DNA of 60,651 nucleotides, counting the filler, from Jimgerdemannia flammicorona (taxonomy: Eukaryota), in the NCBI GenBank assembly GCA_003990765.1. It is 3 parts of 3 records of this genome, joined end to end, with 100 filler letters (N's around TTAATTAATTAA, not from the genome) between each part and the next. Parts side by side here need not be neighbours in the genome. Positions count along the whole stretch, not along the records: positions 1 to 20,153 come from RBNJ01001747.1; 2 more parts are not named here. One strand, given 5' to 3'. The position numbers and the translations under genes were made by a program. Of this stretch, positions 1 to 10,150 are shown in pieces; position 1 is the first letter of the stretch, and each line of letters starts with the position of its first letter. Below the pieces are notes generated by a model, which ran no database searches, was not told the origin of the DNA, and was given only the letters and a program-made list of their open reading frames with translations.

Positions 1-2420
1 CCCCAACCACACCACCATCCTGTCAAGGTATCCTCCATAAGGTACTGCCATCTTGCTAACCGGCTCCCCAAGCTCTGTCGCTCCCCCTCCTCAAATACAA
101 ATAGCCAGTGTCCGGCCAGCCCAACCCAAATAGCCAAAGCCCAGCCTAGCATAATCCACTCCTCCCCTATCCCTCCTATCAATCGATCCCTCAGGTCCTC
201 CCACCTCCCCCGTACATCATCACCCCTATGCTGTACTCCCAAGCGGACCCCAATGGCCTGCCAAAAGTCACCCAACATCTCGCACTCCCCTAGCCAATGT
301 TCTGGCGTCTGTACCAATCCACCTTCCTGCCCTACATTATTGCACTCCTCACAGTCAAAGCAGCCCCCGGCAACAAGGTGTCCTGAGCGGAAGTTAAGCA
401 TCACATTCCTCCTCAGCACCCGCCACCAGACTATCCAGTACTTCGGCGGCATCCATTTCTTTACTGCAGCACTCCAGGTCCAAACCCCCTGTCAGTCCCA
501 CTCCTCACCAATTCCAACTCCTTGCCAGCCACTAGGCCACAGATCCTGGCCCGGTCCCCTTTGACATTCGATGCCATCACGAATGTTGAACTCCAGTAAA
601 GGCATGCCTCCCAGAAGAATGCTATCCCATCTCCACATCGCCGGGCCCCAAGCCCTCTCCCCCTCCTCCCCTCGCCAGCGAATACCAATATGGTGCGCCC
701 CCTCGGCAACACCCCACCAGAAGCCTTTGTATCTCAGTTGCGCAGTATTCTGAAGCCCAACTAATGAAAGGAGATCACCCGTCAAGCCTCTAGGCGATGT
801 CCTCCTCTCTCATATCTTCTGCAGCAAGGGGACCCAGCCCCCTCCATGCAACTCCACCGCCCTCCTCAGCCACCAAGCCCGCAAGCAGTGTAGTCTCTTG
901 GGGAAGTCTACCAGCCCAAGACCACCTCTTGCCACCAGTAAGGACAGAGTCTCTCAACCAATCTGACTTCGTCTGCCAGCCCAAATCCATCCTTTGGCCA
1001 CCTTCACCAATCTCTTCACCACCCAGGCTGGGAAGTCCAGATGATAGGCCAAATACCACAACTTCGGCAGCCAGTAACCATTCAAAATCGAGATCCTTCC
1101 TGCCAGAGAGAAGTGTTTACCCCCCCAACCCCGCAGGTCCTCCTCCCAAATTCCAATCCTCTGCTCCCACCACAGCTTGGACAAAACAGACCCATAGACT
1201 GACAAATAGATGCCCAAGTACCGTACCGCCTCTCCAGTGGGGACAATTGTTCCAATAACCTCGCCGCCCACCAGGCCATTGCCCAGCACCATTGTTTCGC
1301 ACTTGTGCCAATTCAGCTTTGCCCCAGAGTTCGCCTCATACCACTCCACTGTCTCCTGGAGCTCCTTAATATCTGCATTCACTCCCAAACCAACCACCAT
1401 GTCGTCTGCAAAGGCACCAACCTTCCAGCCAATTCCATAAATAGAGAGCCCCATGATCCTCTGCCGAATCCTGTCCATGAGAGGTTCCAAGGAAAGAGCA
1501 TACAAAATGGGGGACAGTGGGTCCCCCTGGGGCACCCCCCTTCCTAGAGGGAAAGCCACCCCTCGATGCCCATTGCACACAAGCGCAGCCCTACTCCTTT
1601 CCAGTAGGCTGACCATTGCCGACCGAAATGGGGCCGGAACTCCAATTCTATCTAATACTTTCGCCAGCCAGACGCGCCGCACCCGGTCATAAGCCTTCTC
1701 CTGATCCAAGAAGACAAGACGCCCATCCAGACCACAGGCTCGAGCACCTTCAATAATGCCATGTACCCAGGCCGTGCCATCTCTAATGAGCCGACCCCCT
1801 ATGAAGCCCCTCTGTTCAACACCCACAATTTGCTGGGCCACCTTCTGTAGCCTTGCGACTACCACCTTAGTCACCAACTTCCTGTCCATGTCTAGCAACA
1901 TTATCGGCCGCCAATTCTTCCAATCTTCTTGCCTTCCCTTGTTCTTATAAAGCAGCGTCACCAGCCCAAGGTCTTGCTCCCCCACCCATCTCCCAGACAG
2001 CAATATAGAGTCACACAGTGCCATCAGCTCCCCCAATATGCCCGGGACTCCAACCATTCGCTTCCAGAAATCCCAGGGGAGGCCATCCTCCCCAGGCGCC
2101 ATGCCCAAGGCTGTCGTGGCAAGAACCTGGTGGATCTCGTCCTCCTTTACAGGCATCACCAGGTCACCTAGTCCCTCAGCTCGCGGTGGGTGCCAATCTT
2201 CTAATGTTTGGTCAATGGCTGTAGCATCTGCCCCACCCTCCTCCTCACTCCACAATCCACTCCATCGTGCCTTCAGCGTTCCAAGGATGTCCTGTACACC
2301 ATGCACTAGTACACCATCCGAGTCAAGTACCCCTTCCCACCGCTGCTGTACCCTTCTCGCTCGAAGTGTCCTTGTGAGAAACTTGGGAGGCCTTTCCCCC
2401 TCCTCCACCCCCTGCTGCAA
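1..2420 (-). mobile_element. 5'-truncated L1/Tx1-like LINE, subfamily A, least-mutated copy (RT and C-terminal Cys/His region; 3' end off contig)
   Basis: Homologous to ORF2 of 8011-13885. RT motifs WRPIMLL, DQEKAYD, GVPQGDPLSP, AFADD, VRYLG. Retains many CpG. Confidence 0.93.
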
Positions 2421-2462
2421 GACCTCTTTAGCAGACATCCTGAGCTCCAAAAAATTCGCCAA
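954..2462 (-). pseudogene. LINE reverse transcriptase fragment (502-aa open stretch; first ~14 aa come from a subfamily-B ORF1)
   Basis: ORF track shows all RT motifs, no endonuclease upstream, and a premature TGA at 954 where the paralog has SWE. Confidence 0.88.
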
Positions 2463-3090
2463 GATGGCCTATGTCAACACTGACTTGTGAAAAAAGGGGC
2501 ACACCACCAGTTCACTAGAGCCTGCCACCATCATAGCCTTCCTCTTATTCTCAGATACTCTAGCAATTACCCCAGCCACTAACTCAGCCCCAGGAATACC
2601 AGTCTTGACTGCACTACTTCTGGACCCCTGGCCCCTGGCAGGTATCTGACTAGTTACCTGACCAGTTACCTGGCCAGTCACCTGATTCCTACCTCTGTCA
2701 ATACTACATCCCTCCTGCCCTACCCCTATGGGCCTAGTAGCTGCCCTCCTGCCCCCCATCACTGTGCACTAACTCTTGATACCAGCCTGCCTTCCTTGAT
2801 CACCTACTCCTCCAGCTCTAGCACCAGCCCCAGCCACTACTGCAAAACTCTTGAGGAGACCCAGGCCAGGCCTCCTTCTCTCTAAATACTTAGAGCTCAA
2901 TGAACTCTGGGTCACCATTCAATAAAAACTTCACAGAATTTGATGAAACTTGTTGTAAACTATTACTAGACTCCTGCTGCACCCTGTACACTAGTATAGA
3001 TGAAGTGGAAACTTGAAAATGTATTGCTTTTCACGAAAGATGTCCATGTGGCTTAGCTCACTCTGAATGGTTTGAGCAAAAGAAGTCTCC
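2421..3090 (-). mobile_element. 5' end (5'UTR and ORF1 start, ATG ~2918) of a subfamily-B LINE (copy B3)
   Basis: Aligns by eye to 19390-20066, e.g. gtggcttagctc..ctctgaatggtttgagcaaaagaagt, and shares the GQVT 12-bp repeats. Confidence 0.85.
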
Positions 3091-3302
3091 TCTCAAACAC
3101 CTATCACCAGTGTACCACCATCAGGACCCAGATGCCAAGAACTCAGCCCAGGCCACCCCAAATGTCCCCAATCTCTCCCATCAGTTGCCACTTGACCACC
3201 TGACTAGTGGGGCCCCCTGCTCACTCACTCTCATTATCTCAATAGCTTTCCAACATTTGTCAAAATCCCTCAACCCCTGAACATACCATCAAGACATGCT
3301 CT
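3091..3302 (-). mobile_element. Host LINE B1, ORF2 C-terminal fragment
   Basis: Homologous to 14605-14815 (aaacacctatc.ccagtg...). Continues at 4821 across a TSD. Confidence 0.75.
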
Positions 3303-4820
3303 GGGCTAGTGAGAGGGACATCATTGGAATAATTGTCCCCACAGGAGAGGTGGTGCAGTATCTGGGCATCTTCCTCTCTGTATATGGATCTGTCTTACCA
3401 TAAGTGTGGTGGGAGAGAAGGGTGGCCATCTTGTGGGAGGCTCTTAGAAGTTGGGGGGGTCACCACATCTCCCTGGCAGGGTGGGTGTTGATTTTGAATA
3501 TCTACTAGTTCCCCAAGCTATGGTATATGGCCTATTACTTAGACTTCCTGGCTTGAGTAGTAAAGAGGCTGATAAAACTGACTAGAGATTGGATTTGGGC
3601 AGGGAGGAGGTCCCAGATCAGTTGGGATACTCTTGCAATACCAGTGGTTAGGGAAGAACTAGGCCTTATGGATTTCCCTAGGTAGCTGCATTATCTGTGA
3701 GCTTGGTGGTTGAAAAGGATGGTTGAACTGCAGGGAGGGAGTTGAGTACCACTGATGCAGAAGGTGTGGGAGATGAGATTTTTCCCTTGGGCATCCTCAG
3801 GGGATTTGCTCTCTCTGGTGGGTCTGAATGGAAGCCAACAGCTGCAGTATAAGGGCTTCTGGTGGAGGGTGGTAGATGGAGCATACTGGATAGGCCTACA
3901 CTGATAAGACAATGAGGAGAAGGTGCTGTGGGGCCCAGCTATATAGCAATGGGACCAACTTCTTCTGGGGGGGGTTCTGCTTGCTGGGTTTGATATTGGT
4001 GATAGAGTGAAGTATCAGAGGGGACTTGGTTAGGATCTATGGCCAAGTAGTTGGCAGGCAGTGAGAATTAGTGAGAAGTGGGACTGGGCAGGAATCTGGT
4101 CCTGGAGTACTGAGGTGTAGAGGTAGCTTCCTCCTAAGTTCTGGGTGATATGGTGGCAGATGCTGCAGAGGAATATCATGTTGAATTTCTGTACTAGGCA
4201 TCTGGTGGATGGTGGCTGATTAGATTGTGAGGAGTGTTATAATGTAGGACAAGTTGGGGGATTTATGCAAACACCAGAATATTGGCTGGGAGAGTGTGAG
4301 TTTCTGGGGGACTTTTGGATAGATATAGGAGACTGACTGGATGTGGAGAGGGACCAGATGGAGAGAGAGATCACTGGAAGGATTTGAAATCTCGATTAGT
4401 GGGAGGTGTCAGTAATGAGTGGCTCACTGTAGGGTGGGTTTTAGTAGTGTGGGTAGGGTTGGCTGGACATTGGCTCTTTGTTTTCAAGGAAAGATGATAG
4501 ATAGGTGTGCAAGAGAAGTTGTTAAGGTGGGAGGGGTTGTTGGGAGATCTGCTGACTGGGTGGTGGGTTGGTTGGGGTCCCCAGGGTGGGCAACATTGCC
4601 ATCTGGTGGAAGGGATCTGTGACCAGAGTAGTGGGTGGATAGAGATAGTGTTTGACAAAGTGGTCTTTCATTGAGAGGGAATGGGAGAGGGGTGAGAGGG
4701 AGGGAGCCCTCTAGGGGGATTGGGTAGGGGTGGGTACTGTATATTATATAGAGAATAGACAGATGTATTAATAAAGAAAGAAGTCTGAGTAACTATAAAA
4801 AAAAAAAAAAAAAAAAAAAA
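3303..4820 (+). mobile_element. 5'-truncated subfamily A/C LINE with poly(A) tail, inserted in B1
   Basis: Homologous to 12395-13885 and 59260-60651. AATAAA ~4770 and A-tail 4797-4821. TSD CAAGACATGCTCT at 3290-3302 and 4823-4835. Confidence 0.9.
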
Positions 4821-7800
4821 ACCAAGACATGCTCTAGTGTCTGCACCACACCCCTATCCAACTCACAATACCACTTACATTCCCTTACACCTTCTGCCTC
4901 CATCTACTCTGTCTAGTACCTCAGCATGACATTTTGTTGCAAGAATCTCTACTATATCATCCAAAACTTTGGTGGTACAACCTTGAGCAAGGAGGTCCCC
5001 CAACTCCAAATCTGACCCCACTTCCAATCTTCCCCAAGCCCAGCCTTCTGCCAACCAACTGGTCACCTCAAGAAGACCTGTCCAGATCTATTCCATTGCC
5101 CCAGACAGAGAGTATTCCATCAACTAGTGGCCACCAATATGAATATCTCCTAGTCACCACTATTACTGTTTCGAGTTTTCCTTCTCACTCAGCTCCAGAC
5201 CTATGAGACTCATTGCCAGTCAAGCTTCTACAATACTCCACCCAAACCTCTGGTAGTGTAATCTGCTAGCTCTTCTAACCTGAAGCAAGCCTTGCAAATT
5301 CTTCAGAACCTCACCATGGGGGCAAAACCTGACTTTCCAATTGTCCATAGCTAGTTTGCCCCAACTATACCCTCCTAATTCTGCCAGTCAACAACCCCAC
5401 CAGCCTCGAAGTACCTTCAGCCGCCTTCTAAAATCCACTGCCCTAAACTGCCATCTACTGTCTGCATCACCACAATCTTCTAACTAATCTGTGGTCTTTT
5501 TCTGTACCACAGCCAATCTTCTACCACCTTCTTCAGTTTCTGTACCACCCATCCAGAAAAGTCCAAATGGTACCCCAAATATTATATCTTTGGTAGCCAA
5601 TATACATTCAATACTACAATCCTCCCACCAAGGAGAAGTCTCTTCCTGACCAGCCTACCAAAGCACTCTCTTACTTCTGTATCATTCCACACCACTACTC
5701 TTTCAGCAGCACTGTCCCATATACCAAAAACCAGATACTCAAATATTGAACTGTCTCTCCAATACTGACCAGTCATCCAAAATGGCCATGCTCTCCCAGA
5801 CCAGCTCCAAGCTCCATAGTCTCACACTTGCCCCAATTCAGCTTTGTCTCTGCCAGCCTCTTGTACTATCCTACCCCTTCCTATAATCTTTCTATATTTG
5901 CCATACAGTATAACCCTATCACCATATCATCAGTAAAGGCCCCTAGCTTCCAGACCACATCTCATATCTTCAATCTGATCAGCCTCCCCTTCAGCCATAC
6001 CAATAAGGGCTCTAAGGACAAAATATAGAGCAGGGGTAAAAGAGGATCCCCCTGTAGCATACCTCTCCCTAAGATAAACTCTAGGCTAAACCATCTATTC
6101 ATTAGGACTACCACCTGGCTACCTTGTACCATGTCTATCAGTTTTCAAGCCTCCACTATACCAAATCCTGCTTTCCACAGTACTGCCTCCAAATAGTTCC
6201 ACTGCACTCTGTCATAAGTCTTTTCCTGATCTAAGAACACCATTCTCCCATCCACTTGCCAGCTTCTACAGCCCTCCAAAATATTTTGCACCCAGGCTAT
6301 ACTGTCTTGAATCTGTCACTCCTTCACAAACTCTTGCTGTTCTTCTCTCAGGCCAATCTATCATTGTAGAATCTTAAACACCAACTTCCTATCCATATTC
6401 AGTAACATAATGGGCCACCAGTTCTACCACATATATTGATCCCCTTTCTCCTTATAGAGCAGAGAAACTAGCCCTAAGGAGCTATTGCCAATCTAGCAGT
6501 CTTTGATCAATACAAAGTTTGTTATTTCAAAAAGCCATCTCCCAAACTCAATCTGAAACTCCTTCCAGAACTCCCAAGACAGCCCATTCTCCTCCGGCAA
6601 TGAACTAGCTGGTATCTTCCTCAGAACCTCCAATACCTCTTCAAGGGCCACTATACTCATTACCACCCCACCTATCTCAGGCACCACTACCACTGGCCAG
6701 CTGCCAACCAGATTGTCATTATCCTCCAGTAAAGCCTCTCTTCTCACTGGCTCTCCCTTCATTCTGCCATAGAGTGTACCATTGATCAGAGATCTTTCCA
6801 AGCATATTGTTCTCTTGCAACACCAAAGCCCAGCTGTGCCACACTCTCCTGGCCTTCAAGACTCCCAATAAGTATTTAGTAGATCACTCTCCTTCTTCCA
6901 ACCACCTCACCCACAGTCTTGCCAATAGCCCATCAATCACCCTATCTTCTGCTGCCTTCAAATCCAACTGCAACTCAGTTATCTCCTTGGCCAACTGAAT
7001 GTATCATTTCCCTGATAAATTCTCCCCTTCTAGGGATCTCAGCTGCCAATGAAGCCCCTGTTCAACTCTCCTTTCTCTATCCTTCTGCTCTCTTCCAGCT
7101 ACTTCCCCCACATTATGCCAATATGTACCTGTCAAATGTTTAAATTTCTTCCACCACTATATTATTGACTGTATACTGTTCTTCCACTACATCACTTCCT
7201 GTCTTATAATTGTCACAAATTGATCTCTCTCTACCTGTCTTTTGAGTAGTGCTATATTGAGTCACTATCTACCTCTACCTCCACTGACTATCTGAAATCT
7301 CCCACACACCTCTACTCTCCAGTGATCTGACCAAGGACACCACTATACTCCTGTTGAATCCAATCCATTACCCCAGCATTCTGCTATCAAAATGCAATCA
7401 ATCCTAATTCTAACCAAGTTCTTAGCAATCAGGTGCTATCTAGTAAATGGCCCTGGCTGCTTCTCTTGATATTGTCATACCCCATCAACCAATTCCATAT
7501 TTCTCTCAACCTAGAGCTATCACAAGAGCTCTGCAGATATAGTCACATCAGCTCTACCATCAGATCTATCTAATATTCTGTCATACACTATGTTAAAGTT
7601 CTCTCCCAGAATGTCCAGCCCAACCTCATCTCAGTCTCTCCAAGCCAGCCAACCCTCCACCCATTGGTTTCACTCTCTACCAACCACTGGTAGATAAGTA
7701 GAGCTGACCACTAGTCCATCTCTAGCTCTTTCTTTTAATCTCCCCCAAACCAATTAATCACCATATACCTCAACCTCCATTAGCTCACCTCTCTCAAGCC

Positions 7801-8010
7801 AACCAAAATACCCACCTGCTCATTCCAACCTATACTTCCATATCATTCTCTGCTCTAATCCTCACAATCTTGCTCCCCATAGGCTCGAATATCCTGATAC
7901 CTCTGAATCTTCAGCTATCAAAATAGATGCCTTCACTTCACTCCATCATGTAAACCATTGACATTTAATGATAAGATACATAGACTGTTTATCATCATGA
8001 ATAAAAATGT
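4821..8010 (-). mobile_element. Host LINE B1, decayed ORF2 (endonuclease and RT)
   Basis: Colinear with 14800-18045. Remnants GLSWEFWKEFQ, LNVYWLPK, PWSDH. Many stops. Confidence 0.88.
7994..8010. repeat. 17-bp target-site duplication ATCATGAATAAAAATGT (partner 13886-13902)
   Basis: Exact repeat on both sides of the LINE. The empty-site equivalent is visible at ~18030-18050. Confidence 0.95.
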
Positions 8011-8092
8011 CATCTCTTTCCAGTACCATTTGGGTTACACAACCTTTGGAAGGTACTTTCAACATCGTTTTCGGCAAAAAGAGACTAACAAC

Positions 8093-10117
8093 ATGGCAAC
8101 CGACAGACAACCTGAGGTGCATACTGGGCAGGGCAGCCCTAGCGCTTTTGACTGGCAGCAGGTGGGGAGGGGGCCAGGCCTGGGGGGAGGTATGAGGGGC
8201 CTGCTGGCAGGTGGACATAGAAGGGGTGGAGGAGGTGGTGGAGGATCAGGATCTGGGAGGGCAAGCTTCACGGAGATGGTGAAGGGGAGACAGCAGGCAT
8301 CGGGGCTGGAGGGCTGGCTGAAGAAGGGCAAGGAGACTGAGAGGGCAACAGTACCGGGGGGTGCGGCCCTTGGAAGGGGGGGCAGTGGAGCTGCAGGAGT
8401 AGTAACTGGGGGGGGTGTGACTACTGATGGTATTGGGACTGTCGATCTGGAAAAAAATCCAGATGTGATGGCTGATGGCGAGGCTGAGCGGCTGAGGCTT
8501 CGAAGACAAGGGGACTTGGCCAATGGTATAACGGGTCTGGCGGTAGCCCCATTACTCAAGAAATCGATTTCGGCATTCGCAGTCACACTATGCTTCCGGG
8601 ACCTGGCGGTGACAGCAAAAATGGTGCTGGGGCTCATCGCTAAGCAGGTGGCGGGTGCAGCATCTGTGAAGTTTCTGAAGGGACTGGAAGGAGTGGAGGT
8701 GGGTTTTGAGGAGGTGGCACTGCTGGAGGAGGCACTGAAGGTTGGACTGGTGGTTGGGGAGGTATGTATTCCAATGGCGCAGTACCTGAAGTGGGACCCC
8801 AGGGTGGTCCAACTGCTGGTGAAGGGAGTGCTGACAGTGACAGCAATGGAGACAAGGAAGAGAGTTGAGGATTTCATGGCGGAATATGGCGAGGTGGTAG
8901 ATATCGGGTTCAGGGTCTGGGAAGGGACCTCACTCAGGACTGGTGACGTGGATGTGAGGATTCGGCTGGCTGGGAAGAAAGCCACTGGGAAGGCAAGGGA
9001 TTGGCCTTTGGTGATGGTCTAGGGAGTGATCCTGTGTAAGGTGACAAGGGTGAAGGGGAGTGAGGAGGAGGAGGAGGATTTACTGGAAGCACTCGAAGAG
9101 CTGGGGGGTGCTGTGGAGAGGCGAGCGAAGGCTTGGGAGGCTTTTGAAGAGGCGACACACTTGGAGGTGGTGGATGGAAAGCGGATTCGAGTGACCAAGG
9201 AGCAGTGGGAAAGGGCTCAGAGGCATAAGAGGCAGAAGAAGTTGCTGGCCAAGCTGGATAGTGGACCAATGGGGGAGGTGAGCAAGGTGAAGAGTGCAGG
9301 GGGAGCTACAGTGAGTGTCTGGGCTGGCAAGGGGGAGGGGAAGGACAAGAAAGAGGTAGGGGAGGACAAGAAGAAGGCTGGGAAGGACCTGTATGTGGAT
9401 GGTATACTGGAGGTGTGGGAGGAGAACTGGGTGGGCTCCCCTACCCCTACCCCTCTCATCAGGCATAGCCTGGCTTCCTGGAATAGGGTGGTGGAAGATG
9501 TGCCAATGCGAGGGGTCCAGAGGGTACAATTCGGAGTTCCAGAGGTAGCGTATGGGGGACAGGTGGAGGCGGATGGCGAGGAGGAACTGGTGGATGTCCC
9601 GGAAGTATGGGATGAGTCTGTAAGTGCTGGAGCTGACACCACAATGTTGGATGGAGGGAGGCCGGCGACTCCGGGGGGGAAAGAGGTGGGGAACTTGCTT
9701 TGGATGTGCTGGATGATGAATAACCTGGCAGTGGAAGAGTTGGGGGAAGTAGACTTGCGAGTGATGAGTGATGAGCATTGGGCGAGAATACTGCAGGGGG
9801 ATGGCATGATGAAGGTATTGAAGGTAGAAATTCTTGCGGTGTACCTGGAGGAGGAAGGATATGAGGTGGATAAGGAGAGAGAGGAGGAGATGGCAGTTGT
9901 TGCTGGAGAAAGGGTTGAATACTGCTGGAACAAGCAACATGGACTACAGCTCTGGCAGGAAGCATACATCGAATACCGAGAGGAGTTTGAGGAGAAGGCC
10001 GATGGTGAGGTGAATGAACTGCTGGCTGGATTGGAGGCTCAGAGGGCTGATGAGGAGGAGGTGGCTGTGGAACATAATGTGGACAGGACACAGGAGGAGA
10101 TGAGCATAGAGCAGTAG
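8093..10117 (+). pseudogene. LINE ORF1 (Gly-rich N-terminus, putative RRM-like middle, acidic C-terminus) with one in-frame TAG at 9020
   Basis: ORFs 7958-9022 and 9026-10117 are in the same frame. Homologs at 54963-56987 and 18050-19910. Confidence 0.85.
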
Positions 10118-10150
10118 AGGAAGATTGATGACATCACATATATCATTAAT

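Noticed and set aside
954..2462. Retron, DGR or group II intron RT system
   Set aside because: The RT is colinear with APE-encoding, poly(A)-tailed, TSD-flanked LINE copies.
8059..10091. Long antisense ORFs (308, 286, 250, 210 aa) over LINE ORF1
   Set aside because: These are Pro/Ser/Leu-rich shadow frames expected from a C-rich strand poor in stop codons, with no recognisable motifs.
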